Assembly (NCBI RefSeq): GCF_902459465.1
Contig: NC_047076.1
Span: 8,184,001 to 8,248,000, forward strand
DNA length: 64,000 nucleotides
Direction of reading: 5' to 3'
Origin: Asterias rubens
Lineage: Eukaryota
In this document: in pieces, positions 14,001 through 26,000 of the stretch
Layout: every line of letters begins with the position of its first letter
Numbering within the stretch: position 1 is the first letter of the stretch
Position numbers and translations under genes: made by a program
Notes under the pieces: generated by a model
Told to the model about the DNA's origin: nothing
What the model saw: the letters and a program-made list of their open reading frames with translations, nothing else
The model's database searches: none

Positions 14001-17000
14001 ATTGAAATAAACCTTAATAATACCAGCACAACAAATATTTATATTAAAAGGATACTGGCAGTCCATCTGTTCCTTAGTTAATGATCGTTTATATTCGTTT
14101 TCAGCAAAGTTATGGACAAGTTTTGAATACAATGAAATTTCATTCAGAGTTTGAATTATCTGAGGAACAATTTGCATTTCAAACTCTTGAAACGTAGTTT
14201 TTAATTAATACAAGCTGCTTGTGCCAAAATACCCATAGCGGCCGCAAACATTTGCAAGGTTTGACCTACTTCCATTCACATAAAGAGGTCAAAGTAAAGG
14301 TCATGTCCGGATATAAATTTCCCAATGAATTCGAAAACAATGAAAATACATGTCGTTGGAAGTACTTACATTTTGTAAATTTATACAAAATGTAGTATGT
14401 TAACATAGTATTCCAATTTCTTAACACAAAAACTAATTTTTAAGTTTTTGTGTTTACTGTTTTTGTGTTTTCTGTGAAATTTTTTACTGACAAAACTTGA
14501 TTAAAGAAACAACAAAATATTAGCAAGACAGGATTGTCAGGGTGTTTTGTGATAATTAAACAGAAATGAATGGTTTCTAAATGGTGAAAGATGAGATGCG
14601 AGGCACATTCCTAAAATCAAAATATTATTATGATATACTCTGTTGGGATCGAGGGGGGATCAAGAAATATTTTGACGTTTACACCAAAGTACTAAATTAG
14701 AAAAACGAAACAAGATAATAATTATAATAATAATAATTAAACCTTTAAACCATCTCAACTCCTCGGTGGGGAGTATGCAGCCTGTGCAACACTAACATGC
14801 CCTACTCGGCTAAATCAATCACAAGAACCATCTCTGCTCTCACAGGTACCCATTTAACCCTGGGTGGAGAGAAGCAAATTATAGTTAAGTGTCTTGCTCA
14901 AGATGGTTAATCGACAAATAGAATCATCAGAGTATTGTTATTCTTTGTGCATAATGTGAAGTGATAACTTGTTAATATTGCATGCTCTATACTCCATCAT
15001 ACGTATACTATACACACATACATGTACAGCAATTATCTAACATGGCCATGGTTGTGAATAATGAGAACCAAGCAATAGAATAGAGTCAATCAATACAAAC
15101 TGTGAATCGCATTGATCAACAACAGCGGGAGTCAAGCTGCACAGAAGACGCTTCTGCCTGTGTAAAGATGGACCAAAGTACACAGGCCTGTATGCTTCGT
15201 TTTCTGAAAGGGAGGGCACCAATTATTAATTAATTTATTTGTTTCATCAATATTTATAAAAGACACTGGCGGTCAAAAAACTGAATTGTGGTCTTTAAAA
15301 ATGAACAATTTGGTAGTTAATTTAATAAAAAGGTAGTTAAAACGATAATGAGCACAAATACACCAACGACACAAGACCCGCAAATAACAGGGCAAAAGAC
15401 CCAGAATTGCAAAAAAACACAAAAAAAACACAGAACAGTCCCTAACCAGATCGGGAAAGCATTGCTCATCGAAAACAGCTTTAAAAGAAAACCAAGCAAT
15501 TGATAGGTGGTCTTAACAAGCACAAAACATTAAAATACACAAACGACACAAGACCCCCAAAATAACACGGCAAAAGACCCAGAATTGCACAAAAAACATA
15601 AAAAACACAACAGTCCCTAACCAGATCGCATCAAAAACAGCTTTGAAAAACAACAACAAGCAATTGATTGTTGATAGGATTAGTGCGACATTGTTGATAT
15701 GATGATAGAGAAACATAATGAGAAACAGCTCCCTCTGAAGGAATGTAGTTTTTAAGAAAGAAGTAATTTCTCGCTCAAATATCTGAATCTGATAAGACAC
15801 TTTGCTGCATAGAATTATGTGCTTTGAGATGCCACAGAAAGAAGCCTTTGTCAGACTCACATTTTAGGGGACAAAATATCCTCTTTCTCTAAAACTACAC
15901 CTTCTTCAAAGGAGGTCGTTTCAATGTTTTATAATTTGAGAAAGTCTACCCATATTTGATTTTTGGTCGGAAGTAATTTATTGATGTATTTGTGTAAGCA
16001 TTATGGAAGTTTGCTGTGGGCAAAACACCTGCCTCCACCCACTCTATCAATGCTAAAGATCCCTTGCATTTATTTCAACTGAGGATCTCTTATCTGTCAT
16101 GTCATTGGTTGTTTTAACATTGCTTGTTTTAAAGGTTAAAACCGGTCAGAGATCACTCATTTCTGGATACTAATCACCAAACACACACAGAATGCTAATC
16201 TTGTTATGTTTTTGCATCGTTATTTTCAGGAAAAATGTCAGGAAAGTTAATAGTCCCCTTGCATGACGCGAACCGCCACATTTTCACTCACAAAGAACAG
16301 CTATTGTCCAATCATTTGCCTCCTTTAACCCCAGTGAGGGCGCTTTTTGACCTCAGTGAGGTTGTTTTTTGACCTCAGTGAGGGCGTATTTTGACTCCAG
16401 TGAGGGCATTTGTTTTTACTCCAGTGAGGGCGTTTTTTTGACTCCAGTGAGGGCGTTTTTTGACCTCAGTGAGGGCGTTTTTTTTTACTCCAGTGAGGGC
16501 GTTTGCTTTACTCCAGTGAGGGAATTTTTTTTTTACTCCAGTGAGGGAATTTTTTGACCTCAGTGAGGGCATTTTTTTTTTACTTCAGTGAGGGCATTTT
16601 TTTACTCCAGTGAGGGCATTTTTTTTTTACTCCATTGAAGGCGTTTTTTTACTCCAGTGAGGGCGTTTTTTTTACTCCAGTGAGGGCGTTTTTTTACTCC
16701 AGTGAGGGCGTTTTTTTTTTACCCCAGTGAGAGCGTTTTGGTGCTCCAGTGAGGGCGTTTTTGTTTACCCCAGTGAGGGAGTTTTTTGAGCCTGTGATGT
16801 CACATGCAAGGGGTTTATAAATAAGGAACATGGTGTTTTGTTTAAGTTGTACTTGTAGGTTATATGTTTACAAACTGTACATGTGTAACATAGGTAAATG
16901 TCATTTTGGTCCCATGCCTTTGTTTTGACCCTATTGATTGAGCAATTTGCCAAATATTGTGGCTCGCTCTTGGCATTTGGGTACAAGCTCCTTGCAGCCA

Positions 17001-20000
17001 TTATGTTCTCTTATGGGTCACAATGCTATAAGTTTTGTTGTTGTAATATTAACCCCACCCCTCCCCCCTTCAAAATCCAACTCCATGTCTGTTTGATTAT
17101 GTTGGATTGTATAGAGCTAGGACCTTCCTCTATGGTTAGATTGAGCGCCATGATCTAGATGGAATGGCGCTATATACAAATCTGGTTTTTATTATTAGAT
17201 TCAGGACTATGCTAATGAACATATTATGCTTTAGAAATAGAAAACACCCTCCAGGGAACTTGAGTATTGTGCAGGATTGGTAAGAAGAGAAAAAATAGTC
17301 CCTGAACCTCAACCTTTGATCCGTGTGGAAAGTTTTGATTAAATATATACCATGAATGTAAAAGCCATCAATCCAAATTGCTCACACACATCGGTGTATG
17401 GGTAAAAACCAAAATTAATATTCTTTATCCCCGATGCAAATTTAACATATTATATCGTTGCGGTACCCTCTGCCAAAACATAGGATTCGAACTGCCTCTA
17501 GCTGCCGGGCAATCTCGGTAGTCTAGTTGGTAAGACACTGCTCTAGAATTACAAGGGTCGTGGGTTCGAATCCCACCCGAGTAACTACCTGTGATATTTT
17601 TTCACAGGACTCGGGAAAGTACTGAGTATACAGTGCTAACACACATTGGTGTATGGGTAAAAACCAAAATTAATATTCTTTATCCCCGATGCAAATTTAA
17701 CATATATTAAATCCAAATTGCATTGACTGTTTTATGCTTTTTTGTACATGGTACATATCTATGTTTGCAAGCCTCGTAATGTCATATTTGAGGGGGCAAG
17801 GCCATTTTCATTTTGAAAACGGTACTTCCATTGGAAAACCTTTTAAGTCTATGGGAAGCTTTTGAAGGGACACGGCACCAACGCCAAGACCAGGGCAACA
17901 GGCTCTGTGGCATCCATGAAACTCCATGCTAATGTATCTATTTATTTATCTGACTGGTCTCGTTTGTCAGTCTGTCCTTGCCCAGTCCAAGTCTTGTCTG
18001 TCCAGTCAGGAAAAAACTTTAAAGCACTAATGATGTTTAAATTTGTCTACAAATTGGGTGTAGTTTAATTTTTTTTCTAACTGGTTGTTATAAAGTAACA
18101 AGGTTCTACTTTATTTCTCTTTCTCTCTCTTTTAAGCAAGCCTCGTAATGTCATATTTGAGGGGGCAAGGCTATTTTCATTTTGAAAACGGTACTTCCAT
18201 TGGAAAACCTTTTAAGTTTATGGGAAGCTTTTGAAGGGACACGACACCAACACCAAGACCAGGGCAACAGGCTCTGTGGCGTCCATGAAACTCCATGCTA
18301 ATGTATCGATTTATTTATCTGACTGGTCTCATTTGTCAGTCTGTCCTTGCCCAGTCCAAGTCTTGTCTGTCCAGTCAGGGGAAACTTTAAAGCACCATGC
18401 TGCAGTGAATTAAAATAAAACAGTTAATTTTGCTGTCATTTATTTCTGATATATGTATTGAACATCAATAAAATGTGTTTTTTTTCCTCGACATATCTCA
18501 CTTGCGTAATTAGCGAATAAGTCATGCAACGGCTCGGGTTCCCTACATGATGTCACATTAAGGCTCCCTTTTAGGGGCGGGGTGGGTTCCCCTAATCTCT
18601 TGAAAACCACTTTTAAAATACTTGCGCATTAAATAAAAAAATTTAAAAAATATTTCAGGTTTAAAAAGTCATGTTTAATCGTTTAAATAAAAAAAATAAA
18701 AAACACTGCAGCCACCCTTTAAAGCACTATGCTTCACATTTCCCCTGCATATTGTTAAAAACAGTAACAGAGTATCTTAACCATGTAATAATGATGTTTC
18801 AACTGATGTTGTAGTCTGTTTGTAATGCTTAAAGGCATTGTACACGTTTGGTAATTACTCAAAATATTAATCGGTCAGCATAAAACTTTACTTGGTATTG
18901 AGCAATGGAGAGCTGTTGATAGTATTAAACATTGTGAGAAATGACTCCCTCGGAAGTAACTTAGTTTTTAGAAAGGTCATTTCTCACTAAAATTATAAAA
19001 GACTTCTGGCCAGAAGCCTTTTATTCCTATCTGAAAGCACACTATTTTGTACAACAAGGGTGTTTTTTTCTTTCATAATTTTCCTGCAACTTCAATGAGG
19101 AATTGAGCCCAAATTTTCACAGGTTTGTTATTTTAAATGCATATGTTGGGAAACAACAAGTGAGAATACTGGTCTTTGACAATTACCAAACGCGTTCAGT
19201 GCCTTTAAATTACATTATTTGGATACATTTGTTTGTTGTTGCCAATGTTGGAATAAATGTCTAAACTATACCAGCATGTGTTTGAGAATTCTGCTTCAGG
19301 GTTTAGTTGTTTTATTGATCGCTTCGTATTTAATTATTTGAATCTCAACTATTCATATTTTTTTTGCAGGTTTACCATATGCCATGAAGAAGGCCGGTCT
19401 ACCCCTGGGAATTATACTTATTCTGCTAATAGCTGGTGTCACAGGTAGGACAAATAATGAGCAAGTTATAACAAATTGGAGAAATGTGGGACCTGGCAGA
19501 GTTGAACAGTGCCAAAGTTTAGTCTCAATGGTTTAATTATGCATGGCCAGATTTTTGCCTAACATTTTTTTTAAAAGAATTTGTTCTTAGAGAAAATATT
19601 TTGCAGATGATGTTGTTTCAAAATGAAGAACATACAAAAACTATCGCTTGTATATGCCACGGACAATGCACAAAATTTACATATAGCAGTCACAGATAAT
19701 TGAGTAAATGGGTACCTGCGAGGGTAGAGATTGTTGCTGTGAATGACTAGCAACTGATGATAGTCGGTGCTGCATACTCATAAGGAGTTTGAGTTGGTTC
19801 TAGGGGTATGTTCAGACAGCGTACTAAGTTAGACCCGAACCGGTTTAAATTTTTGAGCAGCAGGGGGTGGTCGAAAAAATAAAATCCCCTTGCGTTCAGA
19901 CAGCACTGAGTTAAACCCGATACGGTTAATGTTTGACTTTAAGAGGTCAAAACAAACGCAACCCCGACACTCTAACATCCTGTTTATTGGCCCGTTCATT

Positions 20001-23000
20001 GGTCACCGTGTGTTTACATAATGATTACGGAGGTCAATGGGTCGTCTGTTGTGAGTTAAACCGGATGTGGTCTTTTTTATTCTGTCCACACACAGTGTTA
20101 AAAGATATACCCAAAGCGGTCTAAAGATAAACCCCCTCCCTGGACGGTTTATCTTTTGTGGGTTTAACTCGATTCGGACTAACTTTAAAACTGTTCAGAC
20201 ACACAGAGTTGAACTCGATCGGGTTGAACCATGAGTTAAACCAACTTTAGTACTGTGTCTGAACGACCTCTAGGAAGGCTTAGTGCCTAATAAACAGGGG
20301 TTAAAATCGTGTGAAGGAACTCTGAGAGGATGGCAGTCACTTTGTAACTCTGCTGCTTCGTACCTTTGAGTCACTTTGTTCCTTGGTGCAAAGTTTGTCA
20401 GTTTGTAATGTCAACCGAGTCACTAAGTGTCATATAAGAAGGTGTGAATTGTCGTGTGTACGAAGTGTCCAAAGTCACTTCGTACCTTGGTAAAATTTGG
20501 CATTCATAAATACCTAAGACAGTTTCGCTTTTCCTATGGGTGGAGAGCGCGTCATTTTGCGGGTGTTTAAACCTTAAATAATGACCAGTATAAAAAGTGT
20601 TGAAACACGGGCGTGACATTCCTATTGGTCGAGAGTAACGGCCGGGACAGTTGTGCCACATCACGCGATACGCGCGTCGCGCACAGCAATCTCCAGCTGC
20701 AGGGGTGTTGTGTTGAAAGAAATAATTGAACGATATAATTTTTGCATTTATTTTCCTATTTTCCCAGATTATTCTCTTCTTCTGTTGATCCGTGGTGGTG
20801 AGCTCTCTGGAACCACCACTTACCAGGATCTCGTCCAGGCCACTCTTGGAATACCTGGTTTCTACTTTCTCTCTTTCATCCAGTTCTGTTATCCGTTTGT
20901 GGGTGAGTAACTTCAGAACTTAACTTCACTCTTTAACAAATAATAATAATAATAATGAACAAATTTTTTTCAAAAGCGCTTTTGAAAAGTGAAAAAAGGC
21001 AACCAGGAATGCAAAAGATTTTTTTTGACGGAAAATACAGAAAGAAATACAAACTGCATACAAAGAAAGATACAAAAAGATGTGTCTTCAAATTAGACTT
21101 GAGCTAGTCTAGAGAGGAGCTAACTTTTATTGAATTCCAGAGTTCAGGAGATGCAACCTGAAAAGCGTTTTGCCTGTAAGCTTATGTGGTTGCTGGAAAA
21201 GGAGTGAGAAGTTGTCAGTTTTTCTTTGTCAAAGAACTTCCTTTGGCTGAGGAAGTTGTAAAGTTGTCCAAGAAGAAAACAAGGCATCAAGGCCAAAAAC
21301 AATGGCAATGTGTAAGTGCCATTAGTTGAGTGGAGGTCTGGTATTTGGTTTATATTTGTATAGAAACTGTGTAATTTAACTTTATTTTTGCCCTGTTGGT
21401 ATAAAATAACAAAGTTCTACTTAATTTCTCTCTCTCTCTTTTAAGCGATGATCGGCTACAATGTGATCATTGGTGACACAATCACGAAGGTGTTCGAGCG
21501 ATTATTGAGCGGTGAGTAACATAACTCATACCTTAGTGATAAATCATTGGACCAAGACAGTACCAAAGTATTCAAGCGAAGCTCAGCATTGGATTGTAGG
21601 TAAACTAATGTTTCAACTGCTTTTACTTTTCAGATGACCATGTTCTTGCGAACCGGTACTTTATCATCAGCATCATCACGGTGCTGATTTCTCTTCCCTT
21701 CTCGCTGTATCGCAATGTCTCCAAACTTGTTAAGGTATGCTTCTTATAAAAATTTAAAATAAATGTCTGCAAAACTTATTTTTTTTAATTAATGTCTTTG
21801 TTCATTTTGAACGAAAACACCAAGTGTAGGATACCATTGGATTGCTCTTGTCTTACTGAATTTAAAAATATCCAACACGCCCAATTTTGTGAAGAAAAAT
21901 TATTTTGCTAATTTATCGAAAGAAATATTAAAATTTATTCCTATATGTCTCTTGCAGGTGGCCATAGTATCTATTGTACTTCTTGTAGTGCTCATCATAA
22001 TAATGTACATCAGGGTCGGAACTCTACACATGTAAGTATGTCAGTTCTGATGGAATCATAAATCTGTATGACCACAAGAGGGTGCCCTACATGTATAGTA
22101 TATACTTTTCAGCGGCAGAACATGAATCGACGTCAAGTAAATTGTAAACATCTTTTACTTTTTGTTTTGCCAGTCCGCCCACGGATGGTGCGTGGAACTT
22201 TGCTAACTTCCAGTTCACTGAGTCTATTGGGATCATTACATTTGGTAAGTATATTTTGTTTGTGAAATTTCCTTCTTAGTGTGGGTGCGGTGAACCGATG
22301 ACCTACAATAATAAAAGGGACAATGGGGTCCCTTGTGTAGTGAAGGTCCTCAGACTTGGAAAGTGTGCACTAAAACAGTGGTAGCTGTTGCTTAAAAGTT
22401 AGTACTAACAAAAAGGGGCCACTAGGACCCAACTGACACAATACAATGTTACAGAATTGGATTAGATGAAAACGTTTTGAATATTTAACATGAGGTGTTC
22501 CTATTTTCATCACGTTGTATTTGGGTATTGTAAAAAAATTAGTATGAAGTTGTGACAACATAGTTATAAAACTTCATCACATGTTGTGACCATTATGTTG
22601 TAAATGTTGTAGGCCTACTTAAGTTTTATAACAGCGTAGTATCTTTTTTTTCCATTACAATTCGGATTATATTACCAAGTATAACGGATTATATTACCAA
22701 GCATATTTGAGTATCGGTAACTTATTCATTTATAGACCATCTTGTTGAATAGTTCAAACAGCTGGTGGGGATGGGTTTACAATCATTATTAGCAAACAAC
22801 TATTGTATTTTTTTTTTTTTTTACGCCGGGTCACTATATGGAACAGGGTTTTCATTCCCGACCTGATTGCAAGGGTTTCCATTGGAATATTTCTCTTAGG
22901 TTTCCCTCCCTCCCTTATCTATAAAACTGAAACTTCCTTCCTTGTCTTCTCTCCATTGGGTTCTGGCTATTGTATACTGATTAAGTTTGCCTTTTTGAGA

Positions 23001-26000
23001 GTCCTTGACTTACATTCAGCATGAATTAAAACAAAGTCACTTGCAATTTAAAGGTTGTGGGTTCGAATCCCCACAGCCAACCTTTGGTTTCCTTATGACT
23101 AGAATAAGTATTGCCGTCTTGTTACTGATTCACAATTTGTTCAATTCATAATCATTTACGTTAAAGGCAGTGACAACTATTGGTAATTACTCAAAATAAT
23201 TATTAGCATAAAACCTTTCTTGGTGATGAGTAATGGGGAGAGGTTGATGGTATAAAACATTGTGAGAAACGGCTCCCTCTGAAGTGCTATAGTTTTCGAG
23301 AAAGAAGTAATTTTCCATGAATTTGATTTCGAGACCTCAAATTTAGAACTTGAAGTCTCGAAATCAACCATCTAAACGCACACAACTTCGTGTGACATGG
23401 GTGTTTTTTTCTTTCATTATTATCTCGCAAGTTCGATGACCGATTGAGCTCAAATTTTCACAGGTTTGTTATTTTATGCATATGTTGAGATACCCCAACT
23501 GTGAAGGCTAGTCTTTGACAATTACCAATAGTGTCCACTGCCTTTAAACCAATAATGGTGTGAGAGAGAGATTGGCTGTTGGCAGCTTTGTGTCTATCGA
23601 TCTTCACGGAAAGATCATCTTAAAAAAATAAAATAAAATGAAATAAGCCTTTTTGAGGTATGACGGACGTGATAGGAGTGTACTGTTTGGTTTTGGGTGT
23701 ATTCAGACAAATTTACGCAAACCATTTGGTGTTGTAGTATTGTGTCCGCCATATCTCAAAAAGGCTTATTGGAGGCACTCGTATTTTGCTTTTTGTCTCA
23801 TCGGAATGATGATTTCAGCTTGACATGACAATTTGATTTATTCTTTATCATCTCTCCACCTCAGCCTATATCTGCCACCATAATTCCTTCTTGGTCTACA
23901 CATCCCTGGAGACACCAGACTCACACAACTGGTCAAAGGTCACACACTCGGCCGTCGTCATGGCAACCTTTCTCTCCATCTTAGTTGGCTTGGGTGGCTT
24001 CATCACCTTCACTGGTTACACCCAAGGTACAATTCCATCAATCGTGATTTTACAAATTCCTAAAAGTTTTATATTATAATAAAGTCCAGAGGCCAGCTAT
24101 GCGTGAGATTTTTCAAAGCTCACCACCGCCCCCCCCCCCCCTGCCTGTTGTGTCTTCGCTAGTGGAGCGCATTTAACAAATTTGCTAAACGAATCGGGAA
24201 AAACTTGTGCGCAATGAGCGTTTTGCGCTCTGCCGAATTTTAGCTGAACCTGCTGGGAGAGCAAAAGCGTGCGCAATCTTCAAATTTGCCCCCTGTTTGT
24301 ACGGCAGCTCAAGTTGATGATTTTGATAAACTGTGTGCAATCTGAAGATTGTGCACACTTTGTAGATTGTGTTTTTGTACACACGAGCGCGATTTGGCAA
24401 TGTATTGTCGTTATTTTTTTTATTTTTCTCGGTCTGGCCCCAATGCGTGAGAAAACGGTTGCTGTGCGTGTGAGCGTGAGACAGAGCCCAAATGTGTGAG
24501 TCTCACGCCTAATGCGTGAGACTTGGTAGGTCTGTAATTCCTTGACACAAACATTGTTTTAATTTTACATACAACCCCATGCTGTGTAGGCGCTCTCAAA
24601 TATTTTTTCAAAGACAATATCAACCTCTACCTTCGCATTTACACATTTATACCCTACATGTTAGTAAAGTAATTTTAGTGAGGTGTCTTGCTCCAGGATA
24701 AAGCCTCATGACCAGGATTTGAACCCAATCCCTAAAGACTAAAGCCCGGGTCATACTTCCTGCCAATGCGATGCGATACAAATGTTGACGTTACAAATTC
24801 ACAACGAAATTCGCACTGAGTTCAGTTGAGCTCAACTCTCTTGCGAATATCTCAGCGAAAGAGGAGTTGTGACGTCAAATTCACATCAAATTCGCTTCGC
24901 ATTCGCATTCGCAAGAAGTATGAACCGGGCTTTAACCACACGAACTTAAATGGTCTAAACCCCTCACCCACTCCACCCCTTGGGGTTTGTTACTTGATGT
25001 TGATATTTTTGGGAAACTTTTTCTTCAAAAGGTGACGTTCTGCAGAATTACTGCCACACTGATGATCTGGCCAATGTCGGACGGGTTGTGTTTGCTGTCA
25101 CCATCGTCTGCACCTACCCATTGGAGTGCTTTGTGTGCAGAGAGGTGAGTTATAAATGGCTTCAACATACGAACCTCTACTCCCTACTAATCCCCTTTAT
25201 AGCCTTCAAGCAAAACATTTTTTTCTGTATAATCTGATTTCTGCCTGTTTTTTCTCCCTTAAAACCTCCTTTAGCCTTTAAAAAAAAAAAAAAAAGTAAA
25301 CCAATCACCAAAGAGAGATAAAAAAACCAATGGTCTCTAAATTAGTAGTTTTATATTTCTGGTGGAGCACAGTGTCTGTAAATTCCTGAAATAGAACACC
25401 TTATTATATATAATGTTATAAGAGGGACCCAGAAGTCATTTTCAGGATTATTCACATTCTTCCATACTCAGCAAATGAGTCATATTTCTATGTAGAAGCC
25501 TATATTTTTTTGTTGAGGCTGTTCCCTTCGCCCAGTTTATCCCATGTTATCCCTACAAAATGCTATCTTTCATAATACCTACATCAATTAGAATCAAACA
25601 GGGCATGCCTAAATAAGGCTGTACTTTACGCCAAATTCATAAATCCTCAGACAGTTTCGCTATTCCTATTGGTGGAGAGCGCGTCACGTGGGTGTGTATA
25701 AACCTTTGTTTATGACATGTAAAAAGTGTTGAAACATGGGCGTGACACGCGAGCTTGCACCTGTTCTGTTAAGACAGTTTCTTTATTCCTATTGGTCGAG
25801 AGCAACGGGTGGAGGGGTGTTGTGTTGAAAGAAATCATTGAACAATTATAATTTTTGCATTTATTTTACATTTTGACCAAAAAGTGTCCGATGTTTTTGA
25901 CCGAAAAGGTATTTATGAATGGGAATCAAAGTGTGTTGAATCGGTTTTCAACTAGAGGTTTAAACCCGCCGAGGCCTGGTTCTTGATAATTTACCTCGAC

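Noticed and set aside
16327-16780. Regular short-repeat array resembling CRISPR
   Set aside because: No unique spacers, head-to-tail units, eukaryotic intron context, no cas genes.
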